The notes below the pieces were generated by a model. It was not told the DNA's origin, did no database searches, and was given only the letters and a program-made list of their open reading frames with translations. From contig JAVVFY010000002.1 in NCBI GenBank assembly GCA_032249395.1, positions 4,239 through 68,238 of the forward strand: DNA of 64,000 nt. The letters run 5' to 3'. Position numbers and translations under genes: made by a program. Shown here piece by piece: positions 18,730 to 28,908 of the stretch; the first letter of the stretch is position 1, and every line of letters starts with the position of its first letter. The stretch comes from Candidatus Aenigmatarchaeota archaeon (GTDB lineage: Archaea; Aenigmatarchaeota; Aenigmatarchaeia; CG10238-14; SpSt-28).

Positions 18730-18876
18730 ATGGTAATCAAAGTTAATAGTTATTGGATGTGTTAAGAATGTGGATTAAAATATGAAGATAAAAATTGGGC
18801 TGAAAAATGCGAAGCTTGGTGCAAAAAACATAAAAGTTGTAATTTAGAAATAACAAAACATGCCGTAAAAGTATAG
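18730..18876 (+). pseudogene. Small Cys-rich zinc-finger-like protein with one in-frame TAA
   Basis: MVIKVNSYWMC*ECGLKYEDKNWAEKCEAWCKKHKSCNLEITKHAVKV; TAA at 18763-18765 lies inside CxxC. Confidence 0.7.
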
Positions 18877-18926
18877 AATAAAGTAAAAAAATTATTGTTA
18901 TATTTAAATTTAGCATAAAATAAAAT

Positions 18927-19283
18927 ATGAAAGTTTTTTGTGAAGTTATGTTGAAGCAAATATTCCCATCATTAAGAGCTAGTTTAGCTAGAGAGATGAT
19001 TAAAAGGTTTAAGATGAATCAAAAAGAAGTAGCAAAATATCTTGGAGTCTCTCAACCTGCAATATCTTATTATAAAAACAATTTAAGAGGAAAGTCTATG
19101 CTTTTTATTTCAAAAGAAAAAGCAATATCTATTGGAAAGAAGTTTTTAGAAAAAGCTATTAAAGAAAACACGAACATATATTTTAATATTTGCAATATTT
19201 GCAAAGAAGTTAGAAGAGAGGCATTTGGTAAAAAGATGCCAAAAGACTTTTTATGTCTAATTGAGATAAACAAGAAGATATAA
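18927..19283 (+). CDS. HTH transcriptional regulator with Cys motifs
   Basis: FCE..PSLRASLAR, MNQKEVAKYLGVSQPAISYY..RG, CNIC. Confidence 0.85.
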   Translation: MKVFCEVMLKQIFPSLRASLAREMIKRFKMNQKEVAKYLGVSQPAISYYKNNLRGKSMLFISKEKAISIGKKFLEKAIKENTNIYFNICNICKEVRREAFGKKMPKDFLCLIEINKKI

Positions 19284-19344
19284 ATGAATAATTAATATAA
19301 AGGCAATGGAAAAGGATTTAAATACTAACAAAAATTAATTGAAG

Positions 19345-19770
19345 ATGAATCGACAAACTACAATCTTGATAATTGGAATATTAGTTATAATTGGCTTTAT
19401 AGCAATATTATCAAGTAGATATATTCTGGAAGCATTTCAAAACCAGAACGTTCAAACTACTATTAATGCAGTAACTCGACCTCCAGAAACACTATCGCAA
19501 CCAATTCAACAATCCCAACCTAGAATAATTGATGTGGAAATAAAAAATTTTGCTTTCAATCCAGAAACTATAAAAATAAAAGTCGGTGATACTGTAAGAT
19601 GGACTAACAAAGATTCTGTTCCCCATACTGCCACAGCTGACGATGGTAGCTTTGATACAGGTTATTTATCGTATGGGAAATCTAAAAGTATAACTTTTAG
19701 CAAATCGGGAACCTACGATTATTATTGTATACCACATCCTTGGATGAAAGGTAAAGTTATAGTAGAATAA
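19345..19770 (+). CDS. Membrane-anchored cupredoxin (plastocyanin/amicyanin-like)
   Basis: N-terminal TM; FNPETIKIKVGDTVRWTN, PHTAT, YYCIPHPWMKG. Confidence 0.93.
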   Translation: MNRQTTILIIGILVIIGFIAILSSRYILEAFQNQNVQTTINAVTRPPETLSQPIQQSQPRIIDVEIKNFAFNPETIKIKVGDTVRWTNKDSVPHTATADDGSFDTGYLSYGKSKSITFSKSGTYDYYCIPHPWMKGKVIVE

Positions 19771-19792
19771 AAAAAGTTATAGTAGAATAAAA
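19753..19792. repeat. 20-bp tandem duplication at the cupredoxin 3' end
   Basis: AAAGTTATAGTAGAATAAAA x2. Confidence 0.9.
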
Positions 19793-19970
19793 TGGTAAAA
19801 CAAGCTATGCAATTAAAATTTAAAAATAGTTATTAAAAGAAATAGATTATCACAGAGATAAGCAAGAAACTCAAATTAAATCAAAGTTAAGCTTCCCATA
19901 ATTTAAAATGAATTAAATGTTGCGAATTCCATAGAAACAATACTATTATAAAGGTGAATGCGGAATAAGG
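19792..19970 (+). pseudogene. ArsR/SmtB-like HTH remnant
   Basis: ITEISKKLKLNQS*ASHNLK*IKCC fragment with stops. Confidence 0.5.
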
Positions 19971-20072
19971 GGTAATAAAAGGAGCGAATTTTAATTTAAT
20001 ATTCATACAGGCGTCGTTTTTCTTGTTAAGGCCTTATTTAATAGTTTTGTAATAAATATATGAGGTTAGACC

Positions 20073-20333
20073 ATGAGGAAAAAATACAAAATAATCTACT
20101 ATAGGGATGTGTGTATAGGCGCTGCTGGATGTGTAGCTGCGGCACCACAAATATGGGAACTTGATAAAGAGCGTAAAGCAGTTCTGAAAGGTGGTATTGA
20201 GACTGATGATCCGGATATTTTTGAGAAAGAAATAGATGAAGAAGAATTGCAAATTAATTTAGAAGCAGCCCAAGCTTGCCCAGTAAATGCAATTCATATA
20301 ATCGAAAAAGAAACAGGAAAGAAAATTATTTGA
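20073..20333 (+). CDS. Ferredoxin (monocluster type)
   Basis: CIGAAGC...AQACPVNAI. Confidence 0.88.
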   Translation: MRKKYKIIYYRDVCIGAAGCVAAAPQIWELDKERKAVLKGGIETDDPDIFEKEIDEEELQINLEAAQACPVNAIHIIEKETGKKII

Positions 20334-20406
20334 TTACAAGTTTGATATCTTTTAATACTACTTGTGTGTTGTATCAATGTTTTTGAATCAAAAAACAAGA
20401 AATCTT

Positions 20407-21118
20407 ATGACGGCCAAAAGCGAAAATAAAGTTGCAATCGTTACAGGAGGCTCTAGAGGGATAGGAAAAAGCAATAGCTATTGCTTTAGCTAAAAAAGGT
20501 TATAATGTTGTCATTTGTTCTAGGAATAAAGACGAATTAAATAAAGCAAAAGAAGAATTAGAGAAATTTAATGTAAAGGTTCTTGCAGTCAAATGCGATG
20601 TTAGACATTATAAGCAAGTTAAGAATTTAGTAAAGAAAACAATAAAGGAATTTGGAAGAATTGACATTCTTATTAACAATGCTGGAATAGCTTTAAAGAA
20701 AAATGTTGTAGATACGAGCGAAGAGGAATGGGATAATATCATTGATACTAATTTAAAAGGACCTTTTCTATTTACAAAAGAAGTTCTACCTTTTATGATT
20801 AAACAAAAATCTGGTTGTATAGTTAACATAAGCTCTGGAGCTGGTAAAACTGGTTTTGCCGAATTTTCTGCATATTGTGCTAGTAAATTCGGTTTAATAG
20901 GATTTACAGAAAGTTTGGCAAAAGAAGTGAAAGATTATGGAATTAGAGTTTATGCAATTTGTCCTGGGCCGGTAGCCACAAAAATGCAAGAAGAAATAGT
21001 TGGAAAAATGTATCCTTTGATCAAACCTTTCATTCAAAAGCCAGAAGATGTAGCAAAGTTTGTTATAGAAGCAATAGAAGGAAAGTATGAAACTGGAAGT
21101 ATCATAGACACTTATTGA
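20407..21118 (+). pseudogene. SDR-family oxidoreductase with a +1 frameshift
   Basis: VTGGSRGIGK, then an extra A in the A5 run near 20466-20470; continues AIAIALAKKG, INNAG, YCASK. Confidence 0.88.
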
Positions 21119-21167
21119 GATAACCTTGATAAAATGTTTCTCAACACAATCGCTTATAATAATAAAG

Positions 21168-21239
21168 TGGACCGGCCGGGATTCGAACCCGGAGCCTCCG
21201 CTTTGCAAGAGCGGCGATCTACCATTGATCTACCGGCCC
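21168..21239 (-). tRNA. tRNA-Ala(TGC)
   Basis: GGGCCGG/CCGGTCC acceptor with G3.U70; CCGCT-CTTGCAA-AGCGG anticodon arm. Confidence 0.96.
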
Positions 21240-21278
21240 TTCTATAAAATATTGATTTAAAACGATAAATTAGTATAA

Positions 21279-22307
21279 TTAAATTTTTCTTCTAATTCTC
21301 CTCAAAAGCTCTATGTTATCGCAAGCCCTCTTAACGTGACAACCTTTGCAAACTCTTTCTACGTAATTTGGTAGCTTACTTTTTGGGGGAATTTTTCCAG
21401 TAGAATAAAAAATTTCTATTTTTCTCTTTAATTTAAAGAATTCTCTTTTTAATTTCTCATTTATTTCTACTCTAACTAGAGAATTCGTCTGAAAGTAGAC
21501 TATGTAAGAATATTTAACCTCCTTTCTAAAATAATTACTTAATAATATACTTTCTCCTATTGCTTGAAGTAAATGCTCTTTTTTAATTCTACCTTTAAAC
21601 TCAGCATATTTAATTTCGATTGGAACTAAATCATCATTTTTAAACCCTATAACGTCTATAGAACCAATGACACCATCTTTTATTGATTCTATAGTTTTTT
21701 CTGAATATATTTTAATGAAGTTCTCCTCTTTTATCAGTTCTAAAAATCTCTTAAGAAATTCCTCTAATGTCTTTTTTTCAATTTGTATTAAGCCTTCATA
21801 CTTTTTTAAAACTTGTTCTACAGATTTTGATATCAAAAAATTTTCGTCTTTTTCTACACTCATGTTATCTAACATTAATTTCAATGCAAAATGAACGGCT
21901 TCTCCATCCCAAACTTTCCCTATTTTCTCTTTTTCCTGTCTTGAGAGAACAATCTTCTCTAACCATAATCTTCTTGGACACTGATAAAACTTAGCAACTT
22001 CTAGTGGAGTAATAAAAACCTTTTTAATTCTTCTTATTCTACCTATAAATCTATTCTTTAAATCTGAAATGATATCATCTGGAATTTTACCAATTTTAAC
22101 AATTCCTTTCCTGCTTTCTATTAGTTTTCTAGAAGAAAGTTCTTGCAAAATCAAAAATAGATAGTCAGAGGATACTATACTGTTTTCAAAACAAATCATT
22201 ATAATATCATCTATCTTCAACTCTTTTCCTTCATTTCTTCTTAATATATCAATTATTTTATCGAATACATTCTCTTCAATCACTAATTCTAACCTAATAA
22301 AAATCAC
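21279..22307 (-). CDS. Solo Cas4-like PD-(D/E)xK nuclease with Fe-S cysteines and N-terminal extension
   Basis: CPRRLWL, GSIDVI, IEIK, Q motif, CKGC...C. Confidence 0.85.
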   Translation of the reverse strand: MIFIRLELVIEENVFDKIIDILRRNEGKELKIDDIIMICFENSIVSSDYLFLILQELSSRKLIESRKGIVKIGKIPDDIISDLKNRFIGRIRRIKKVFITPLEVAKFYQCPRRLWLEKIVLSRQEKEKIGKVWDGEAVHFALKLMLDNMSVEKDENFLISKSVEQVLKKYEGLIQIEKKTLEEFLKRFLELIKEENFIKIYSEKTIESIKDGVIGSIDVIGFKNDDLVPIEIKYAEFKGRIKKEHLLQAIGESILLSNYFRKEVKYSYIVYFQTNSLVRVEINEKLKREFFKLKRKIEIFYSTGKIPPKSKLPNYVERVCKGCHVKRACDNIELLRRIRRKI

Positions 22308-22315
22308 CGCTTAGA

Positions 22316-22477
22316 TTATTGCATCTTTTTTATCCACTTTAACTTTTCTTTTTTCCTTCCCATAAGATAGTATCTTTCGCACTTTCGGGAACAAAAGTAT
22401 AGTATCTCTCCTTTAGTTCTTACAAAAATTTTCCCTGTACCTGGTCTTATTTCTGAATTACAAAAACTACATATCAT
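22316..22477 (-). CDS. rpl24e: 50S ribosomal protein L24e (below ORF-track cutoff)
   Basis: [19 protein letters not shown]...[16 protein letters not shown]. Confidence 0.93.
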   Translation of the reverse strand: MICSFCNSEIRPGTGKIFVRTKGEILYFCSRKCERYYLMGRKKEKLKWIKKMQ

Positions 22478-22481
22478 AAGA

Positions 22482-22688
22482 TTACCTTTGTTCCAACTTT
22501 AAAGCTACCTCCATTTCTATTTCTCTTAACATTAATATATCTCCAACTCTAACTGGACCAACAACATTTCTTATCAAAATCTTCCCGACTTCAGGACCTT
22601 CTATCAATCTACATCTAACTTGTTTAACACCTTTTACTCCTGAAGCTTCCAGAACTTCTATCACTTCGGCTGCGTAAGCATCTTTCAT
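22482..22688 (-). CDS. rps28e: 30S ribosomal protein S28e
   Basis: [24 protein letters not shown]. Confidence 0.95.
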   Translation of the reverse strand: MKDAYAAEVIEVLEASGVKGVKQVRCRLIEGPEVGKILIRNVVGPVRVGDILMLREIEMEVALKLEQR

Positions 22689-22701
22689 TCAAATCACTTC
22701 T

Positions 22702-23124
22702 TTATTTCCTTATTTCCTTTATTTCTCTTATAATATCTTCCAATAATTTAGAATATTCTCCTGCATCTATTATAGCAACAGTAGCTGCAGATACTTCAAT
22801 CCCTGATGCTTTTCCAAGTTCAAGTTTAGATGGAACATATGTATAAGGAACCCCCTTTTCTTCGCATAAAGGAGGCAGATGCATAACTATTTCCTCTGGC
22901 TCAACATCCATAGCGATAACAACAAGCTTCGCTTTTCCCCTATCTACTGCTTTAGTAACTTCATTAGTACCTCTTCTAATCATTTTTTCCTCCAACGTCT
23001 TTCCCTCTTTTTTTAATGCCTCCTCTTTATTTTTTTGTAACGCAGCAACAGATTCTACCAACTTCAAAGTTTTCTTAATTAATTCTTCTGTTGGCTCAAA
23101 CTTCACATATGCTTTCTTCTCCAT
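22702..23124 (-). CDS. rpl7ae: 50S ribosomal protein L7Ae
   Basis: [37 protein letters not shown]. Confidence 0.96.
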   Translation of the reverse strand: MEKKAYVKFEPTEELIKKTLKLVESVAALQKNKEEALKKEGKTLEEKMIRRGTNEVTKAVDRGKAKLVVIAMDVEPEEIVMHLPPLCEEKGVPYTYVPSKLELGKASGIEVSAATVAIIDAGEYSKLLEDIIREIKEIRK

Positions 23125-23434
23125 TCACATCGCCCCCTCTTTATTAATTTTTTAAATACCTTTAAATTTAAAGCCCAATCTAACTTCAGTTTTTTTAAAT
23201 ATAAATAATTTCATGGTATTAAAACATATAAATATCTAAAAAGGCGAAAAAGTATTAATCCAAAAAGAAAAGAATATTACAACCAGTACAACTTTAAGTT
23301 CTCTTTAAATTAACTTTGTCTTTTTATTTTGGATAATGAAGCAGACATCGTACTCAATGGGTATAAACCAAGAATACATAGAAAGGAAGATTTATTAAAA
23401 AACTAAACATAGCGAAATGCGTCCACAAAGTAAA

Positions 23435-25096
23435 TTATTTATGTGCAAAGTAAAAAGTAAAAGTCTTTTTATCGTCTAGTCTACAAAAGCCAATCCTATA
23501 AAATTGAACTATATCTCCCTCTTTTAATTCCTTAATTCCTCCTTCAGCTATAGCTTCTTTCTCTTTTCCATTTGGCATAACTATTATTATATTGACATTT
23601 GGTGACGATACCCAATGTATTTTTGGTATTTCTTGAGTTACTTCTTCGCTAATAAACTTAGATACCTCCTCTAATTTTATAGTACACATTCCTATTAAAC
23701 CAACAATGCTTCCTTTCAATTTTTCAAAATCCTCTTTTTCTACGTATATTTCTTTTGGGTTGACTAATATTTCTCTTACTCCTCTGTCCAAAAAGTCTGG
23801 ATGACGTCTAATAGAAATTTTTTCTATAGGATAATCAAGTTCTATTCTGAAAGGATTCAAAACTGCGAAGTATCTGTTGGCAATTTTATCAACAATTTTT
23901 CTATTTTCAGAGTATAGTATTTCTATTGGCATTGTGATATCGGCTTCGCTCAATCCTAACTTTAAAATAAAATTCCTTATAGCCTCCGGTTGGAATCCTC
24001 TCTTTCTTAAGGATTGTAAACTCCATGTTCTAGGATCGTCCCACCCTTTTATTTCTCCTTTCTCGATCATTTTCCTAGTTTTTGATTTACTAAGCTTAGC
24101 ACCCTCCTCCTTAAGTTTTAATAAACCATAGTGAATAAATTTTGCTTTTCTCCAACCAAAAATGTTCCAAATGTATTCTTGCATCATATCCTCTATTACG
24201 AGCTCCTTTCCTCTCAATATATGAGTAGTTCCAATAAGATAATCATCTATTGCCCAAGAAAATTCCAACATAGGCCAAACTCTATATTTTCTCCCAACTC
24301 TTGGATGTTCCCTCTCGCTAATTCTAAGCAAAACTCTATCCCTAAATGCTGGATTAGGATGCTTCATATCAGTTTTTAATCTAACCACCGCTTTTCCTTC
24401 TTCTATCTTTCCTTCTAACATTTGTTTAAATAATTCTAAGTTTTCTTCTACGGTTCTTTTTCTACATAAACATTCAATACCTAATCTTCTATTCTTTTTT
24501 ATTTCATCTTTACTGCAAGTACAAACATAGGCTTTTCCAATTTTTATTAACTCCTCCGCATATTTATAGTAAATCTCAAGTCTGTCAGATTTATACATAA
24601 CTTCATGATATTCTACACCAAGCCAATCTAAACCATCTTTTATAAGTTCATACGCTTCCTTATCTATAGGCTTCTCTTCGCTTCCAATAGTATCGTCATA
24701 AAATAAAATGAGCTTCCCACCATATCTTTTAACATAATAGTCGTTAAGTATTGCCATTCTTGCGTTTCCTATATGAAGAGGTCCGGAAGGAAAAGGAGCC
24801 AACCTCATTATAACCTTTCCGTATTCTGCTGACTCTAATTCTGGCAAAATTTCCTTCTTTTCTTCTTTTTTAACTTCATGAATACCTAATTCAAAAATCT
24901 TCTTTTCTATTTCGCTAGTAGACATAGAATTTACTTCAGTAACAACATCCTTAACAATCTCTATTAAATCCTTAATTTTTCCCTTAGCATCCGGCACCTC
25001 TGCCAAAATCTTTTTTATTACTGCATCCTGACTAGCTTTCCCATATTTTTTTGCATTTAGCAAAGAATATTTTAGTGCTATCTCCCTCAAATCCAT
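23435..25096 (-). CDS. gltX: Glutamyl-tRNA synthetase
   Basis: RLAPFPSGPLHIGNAR, THILRGKE, LSKSK, GWDDPRT. Confidence 0.96.
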   Translation of the reverse strand: MDLREIALKYSLLNAKKYGKASQDAVIKKILAEVPDAKGKIKDLIEIVKDVVTEVNSMSTSEIEKKIFELGIHEVKKEEKKEILPELESAEYGKVIMRLAPFPSGPLHIGNARMAILNDYYVKRYGGKLILFYDDTIGSEEKPIDKEAYELIKDGLDWLGVEYHEVMYKSDRLEIYYKYAEELIKIGKAYVCTCSKDEIKKNRRLGIECLCRKRTVEENLELFKQMLEGKIEEGKAVVRLKTDMKHPNPAFRDRVLLRISEREHPRVGRKYRVWPMLEFSWAIDDYLIGTTHILRGKELVIEDMMQEYIWNIFGWRKAKFIHYGLLKLKEEGAKLSKSKTRKMIEKGEIKGWDDPRTWSLQSLRKRGFQPEAIRNFILKLGLSEADITMPIEILYSENRKIVDKIANRYFAVLNPFRIELDYPIEKISIRRHPDFLDRGVREILVNPKEIYVEKEDFEKLKGSIVGLIGMCTIKLEEVSKFISEEVTQEIPKIHWVSSPNVNIIIVMPNGKEKEAIAEGGIKELKEGDIVQFYRIGFCRLDDKKTFTFYFAHK

Positions 25097-25146
25097 AAAA
25101 ATCTTAAAATTGAATAATATTTAAATAACAATACATAAAGTCCTAT

Positions 25147-25428
25147 ATGGGAAGCGATAAACCATTAACTTATTTTCTGCATGTGAAACCAATCAAAATT
25201 CTACTTGCCTTAAGAAATGGACCAAAATATGTAGCAAGAATAGCAAAAGAGGCAGATATAACTTATTCTCATGCAATAAAGTTATTAGACATTTTTAATG
25301 AGTTAGGTCTAGTAGAATTCGAAGAAAAAGGAAGAATAAAAATGGTTAAACTAACACTTTCAGGAGAAGAAATTGCAAGAGCTTGTGAGAATTTGGTTTC
25401 AAAGCTTTCTAAGTTGAAAAAATCTTAA
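25147..25428 (+). CDS. Winged-helix transcriptional regulator
   Basis: YVARIAKEADITYSHAIKLL..GLVEFEEKGRIK. Confidence 0.82.
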   Translation: MGSDKPLTYFLHVKPIKILLALRNGPKYVARIAKEADITYSHAIKLLDIFNELGLVEFEEKGRIKMVKLTLSGEEIARACENLVSKLSKLKKS

Positions 25429-25430
25429 AA

Positions 25431-26354
25431 TTATTCTAAAATAGTTACGTGTTTCATTCCCTTAGAATACCATTCTCTAAGCTGATCTTCCGTATAAAGC
25501 TCGTATTCATTAGCTAAATATCTTGAATGACCTGTTAATCTATCAACTATCGGTGCTGGTACACCACCTGAAATTAATTGAGTTTTGAACCATTTTCTTA
25601 AACAATGAGCATGCAACGAATATCTTTTACCAATTTTTTTAGAATATTTTCTAAAAACTCTCTCTAATAAATAGTGAATATTTTGATAGCTCATAGGCTT
25701 ACCATCTTCTCTGGCTATAACCGGAGAGTTTTCATTCAATTCTTCACCCAAACTTCTTCTTTGATTCAAATATTCTTGCAGAAAATTCTTCGCCTCTATG
25801 CTAATAAAAGTTATTCTAGACTTTCTCTCCTTAGCTCCAATACCTTTTATTTTAACAGATGGTATTTCTTTAGACAAGTCAATATCCCCAAGCCTCAAAT
25901 TATGAAGCTCCCCAATTCTAATTCCTGAAGAAGCAAGAATTGTTATAATGACCTTCATTCTTAAATCTACTTCCAACAATATTTTCTTTAAATCCTCCTT
26001 ATTCGGTAAAACATCTTCATGTACATTAAATATTTTTAGTGGAATGTCAACATTAACCGCCAATCCATTTGCACTAAAGAATTTCTTTAAAGACGATAAC
26101 CAAGCTGCTACAGTCTTTGGAGCTAAATTTTTCCCAGCCAAGTAAACACCAAAATCTTTTACTATCTCATTTTGATTTTGATTTTTTCTAACTTCTTCAA
26201 TAAAAGAATCCAAATCTTGGATCTGCTTATAAACAACAAACTTAAGTAGACCTTTTAAATAAGTTTTTTTAGTGTTCTCACTTCTCGTTAATAAGTTAAG
26301 CTCTCCAAGCATTTTTTTAACGCTTTCGAAATTCTCTATATCTTTAATCTTCAT
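25431..26354 (-). CDS. Tyrosine recombinase (XerA-like/integrase)
   Basis: SGIRIGE (R), HCLRK (HxxR), LTGH and downstream Tyr; N-terminal core-binding domain. Confidence 0.92.
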   Translation of the reverse strand: MKIKDIENFESVKKMLGELNLLTRSENTKKTYLKGLLKFVVYKQIQDLDSFIEEVRKNQNQNEIVKDFGVYLAGKNLAPKTVAAWLSSLKKFFSANGLAVNVDIPLKIFNVHEDVLPNKEDLKKILLEVDLRMKVIITILASSGIRIGELHNLRLGDIDLSKEIPSVKIKGIGAKERKSRITFISIEAKNFLQEYLNQRRSLGEELNENSPVIAREDGKPMSYQNIHYLLERVFRKYSKKIGKRYSLHAHCLRKWFKTQLISGGVPAPIVDRLTGHSRYLANEYELYTEDQLREWYSKGMKHVTILE

Positions 26355-26372
26355 TAAAATTATAAAAATTTT

Positions 26373-26561
26373 CTATTTTTTAACTTTGATTGCATTAACT
26401 GGACACATATTTGCAACTTCTTTTATTTTCTCCAAATGAGCTCCATCTTCATTTCTTACTATTGCTTTACCATCGTCTTCCATCTCAAAAACTTCTGGCA
26501 ACATAGATGCACACAAACCACAACCTATGCAAATATCTTTATCTACCCACACTTTTGGCAT
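26373..26561 (-). CDS. Ferredoxin [4Fe-4S]
   Basis: CIGCGLC...CPVNAI. Confidence 0.93.
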   Translation of the reverse strand: MPKVWVDKDICIGCGLCASMLPEVFEMEDDGKAIVRNEDGAHLEKIKEVANMCPVNAIKVKK

Positions 26562-26604
26562 AAATATCCCCTTATTAAGATTATTTGCTAAATATTTAAG
26601 GCAA

Positions 26605-27459
26605 TCAATATCTTATTACTTTCTTTATAACTTCTGGAATAAATTCAATCAAATCTGTTGGCAGAATTCCTTCGCTTAACTTTTTAGAAGCTAGCTCACC
26701 GGCTTTACCATTAACAAAAGCTGCAGCACATGCAGCAGTAAAATTATCTACTTTTCTAGCTAAATAAGCAGCAAGAATTCCAGCCAAAGTATTACCAAAA
26801 CCAGCCTTTGTCATTGTTGTTGAACCAGAAGTATTTATAGCAACTCTAGTACCATCAGAAATAACATCAAAATGACCCTTTAATAAAACTGTTACTGAAT
26901 ATTCTTTTGCAAAATTTTTGACAGCATTTATTCTTTCATTCAAATCATTACTAACTTTTATCCCACTTAAAACAAAAAATTCGTAAGAATGTGGAGTCAA
27001 AACAAAATTTTTTCCTCTTAACTCATTTTTGTATTTCGCAAAAGCATATATTGCGTCATCGTCTATAACTACCGGCTTATCTATTCTCTTTAAGTACTCG
27101 AAAATTGCCTCCATAACTTTTTCGTCTCTTGTTAAACCACCACCTACTTCAATAGCATCTCTTTTATAAGAAATTTTAACAAGCTCTTCTATAACTTCAT
27201 TCGAAAGAAAATCTCCTTTAAAAGGATGAACCATTAAGTTTGGAGAATAACTTGCTATTATTTTAGAAGCTTCCTCAGGAGCAGCAATTGTAACCCAATC
27301 CACCCCAGCTCTATAAGCAGACAAAGCTACTAAAATTGGTGTTGTTGGATAAAGTTTACTTCCTCCTATAACCAACAAATTTCCAAAATCATGCTTGCGA
27401 GCCCAATCGTCTCTTTTTTTATAAATTTTTTTCAATATACTCCAATCAACTTTTTCCAT
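26605..27459 (-). CDS. nnrD: NAD(P)H-hydrate dehydratase (YjeF C-terminal)
   Basis: KHDFGNLLVIGGS, VLTPH.YEF, VLLKG, AGFGNTLAG. Confidence 0.88.
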   Translation of the reverse strand: MEKVDWSILKKIYKKRDDWARKHDFGNLLVIGGSKLYPTTPILVALSAYRAGVDWVTIAAPEEASKIIASYSPNLMVHPFKGDFLSNEVIEELVKISYKRDAIEVGGGLTRDEKVMEAIFEYLKRIDKPVVIDDDAIYAFAKYKNELRGKNFVLTPHSYEFFVLSGIKVSNDLNERINAVKNFAKEYSVTVLLKGHFDVISDGTRVAINTSGSTTMTKAGFGNTLAGILAAYLARKVDNFTAACAAAFVNGKAGELASKKLSEGILPTDLIEFIPEVIKKVIRY

Positions 27460-27526
27460 AAAAATCTTTTTATTAATTTCTAAAAAAGCTTAAAAACTTT
27501 TCTTTTAGTTTTCAAAATAAATAAAA

Positions 27527-28564
27527 GTGGTGTTTATGGTAAACGTTGCTGTTCATGGAATAGGAACAATCGGAAAAAGAATTGCTCATGCAGTAAAATT
27601 GCAGAAGGACATGAAGTTGAAAGCAATAGTTGGATATTCTCCAGATGCAACAATAAAAACACTTTTGGAACCGCATGGCCCACTATATGGCACAGATCTT
27701 TATGCAACAAATGAAGAGTCGCTAAAGAAATTCAGAGACGCTAAAATGATTGTCAATGGAACTTTAGAAGACCTTTTGAAAAAGGGAGAAATTGATGTAA
27801 TAATTGATGCAACACCAGAAGGTTTAGGAAAAGAATACAGAGACAAATACTACTCCAAGTACAACGTTAAAGCAATATTTCAAGGTGGAGAAGATGCAGA
27901 TGTTGCAGAGATGACTTTTAATGCAATAGTAAATTATGAAAAAGCTTTTGGAAAAAAATTCATTAGAGTTCCCAGTTGCAATACAACAGGTTTAATAAGA
28001 ACTTTAAGCGCAATCGAAAAGTTTGGAATTGCTTATGTTTTCGTTGCTATTGCGAGAAGAGCAGCAGATCCTCATGAATATAAAAAAGGTCCAATAAATG
28101 CAGTTGAATTTGAGGAGGTACCATCTCATCATGGAGAAGATGTTAGAACAGTTTTAACAAACTTAAACATCTTCACAATGGCCATAAAAGTTCCAACTAC
28201 TCTGGCTCATACTCATATGGTAGAAGCAACACTTATGAAAAAAGTTAGCAAAGAAGATATAATAAAAGCATTTGAAGATCAAACAAGAGTTGTTTTGTTA
28301 GACATGAAAGAGTATCCAGCTACATCTAAAATTATAGAAAAGTTCAGAGATTATTGCAGGCCTAGAAATGATATGTATGAAATTGTTGTATTAAGAGATA
28401 GCATAAGCGTAGAAGGAAATAAAGTAAGATGGATGCAAGTTGTTCATCAGGAAGCTGATGTTATTCCAGAAAACATTGATGCTATAAGAGCTATAACTGG
28501 AATAGAAAATGACAAGTGGAAAAGCATAAAAATGACGAATGAAAGTTTAGGAATTCTGAAATAA
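27527..28564 (+). CDS. gap: Archaeal class II glyceraldehyde-3-phosphate dehydrogenase
   Basis: GTIGKRIA, IFQGGE, SCNTTGL, PSHHGED, VHQEADVIPENIDAIRA. Confidence 0.96.
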   Translation: MVFMVNVAVHGIGTIGKRIAHAVKLQKDMKLKAIVGYSPDATIKTLLEPHGPLYGTDLYATNEESLKKFRDAKMIVNGTLEDLLKKGEIDVIIDATPEGLGKEYRDKYYSKYNVKAIFQGGEDADVAEMTFNAIVNYEKAFGKKFIRVPSCNTTGLIRTLSAIEKFGIAYVFVAIARRAADPHEYKKGPINAVEFEEVPSHHGEDVRTVLTNLNIFTMAIKVPTTLAHTHMVEATLMKKVSKEDIIKAFEDQTRVVLLDMKEYPATSKIIEKFRDYCRPRNDMYEIVVLRDSISVEGNKVRWMQVVHQEADVIPENIDAIRAITGIENDKWKSIKMTNESLGILK

Positions 28565-28606
28565 ACTCTTTTCTTCTTTTCTTTTTAATTTTTCTACTTC
28601 TTATAT

Positions 28607-28692
28607 GGGCCCGTAGCCTAGCAAGGATAAGGCGCCGGGCTTCGGAATTAGAGGATACCCGGAGATCGTGGGTTCAAATCCCACCGGGCCCA
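28607..28692 (+). tRNA. tRNA-Arg(TCG) with 11-nt intron (28646-28656)
   Basis: CCGGG-CT-TCG-G-[AATTAGAGGAT]-A-CCCGG; CTTC pairs with intron GAGG. Confidence 0.92.
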
Positions 28693-28908
28693 AAATGAGT
28701 GCTTATTATTCACCTCTTCTTTTTTAACCTAATTTATAATAGTTTTTCAACTAAAGAGTTTAAACCAATAGTCTTTTTACAATAGTTATTATTAGATTGG
28801 TATTCGTAGCAACAGGATAAACTGCAAAAATACGAAGAAGGTTTGGGAGTTAGAGAAAATTTCATCCTCTGGAACTAGAACCCTAACGGGCTCAAAATTA
28901 AGTTTCTA

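Noticed and set aside
7887..22307. CRISPR-Cas system from the Cas2-like and Cas4-like genes
   Set aside because: 13 kb apart, no cas1 or effector genes, and no repeat-spacer array seen in the window.
23125..23434. 310-bp intergenic gap as ncRNA or origin
   Set aside because: AT-rich, with no stable stems, ORB-like boxes or repeats that I could identify.
28790..28880. Possible glycosyltransferase remnant (RLVFVATG / DKLQKYEEGLGVRENF)
   Set aside because: Too short and broken to support by eye.
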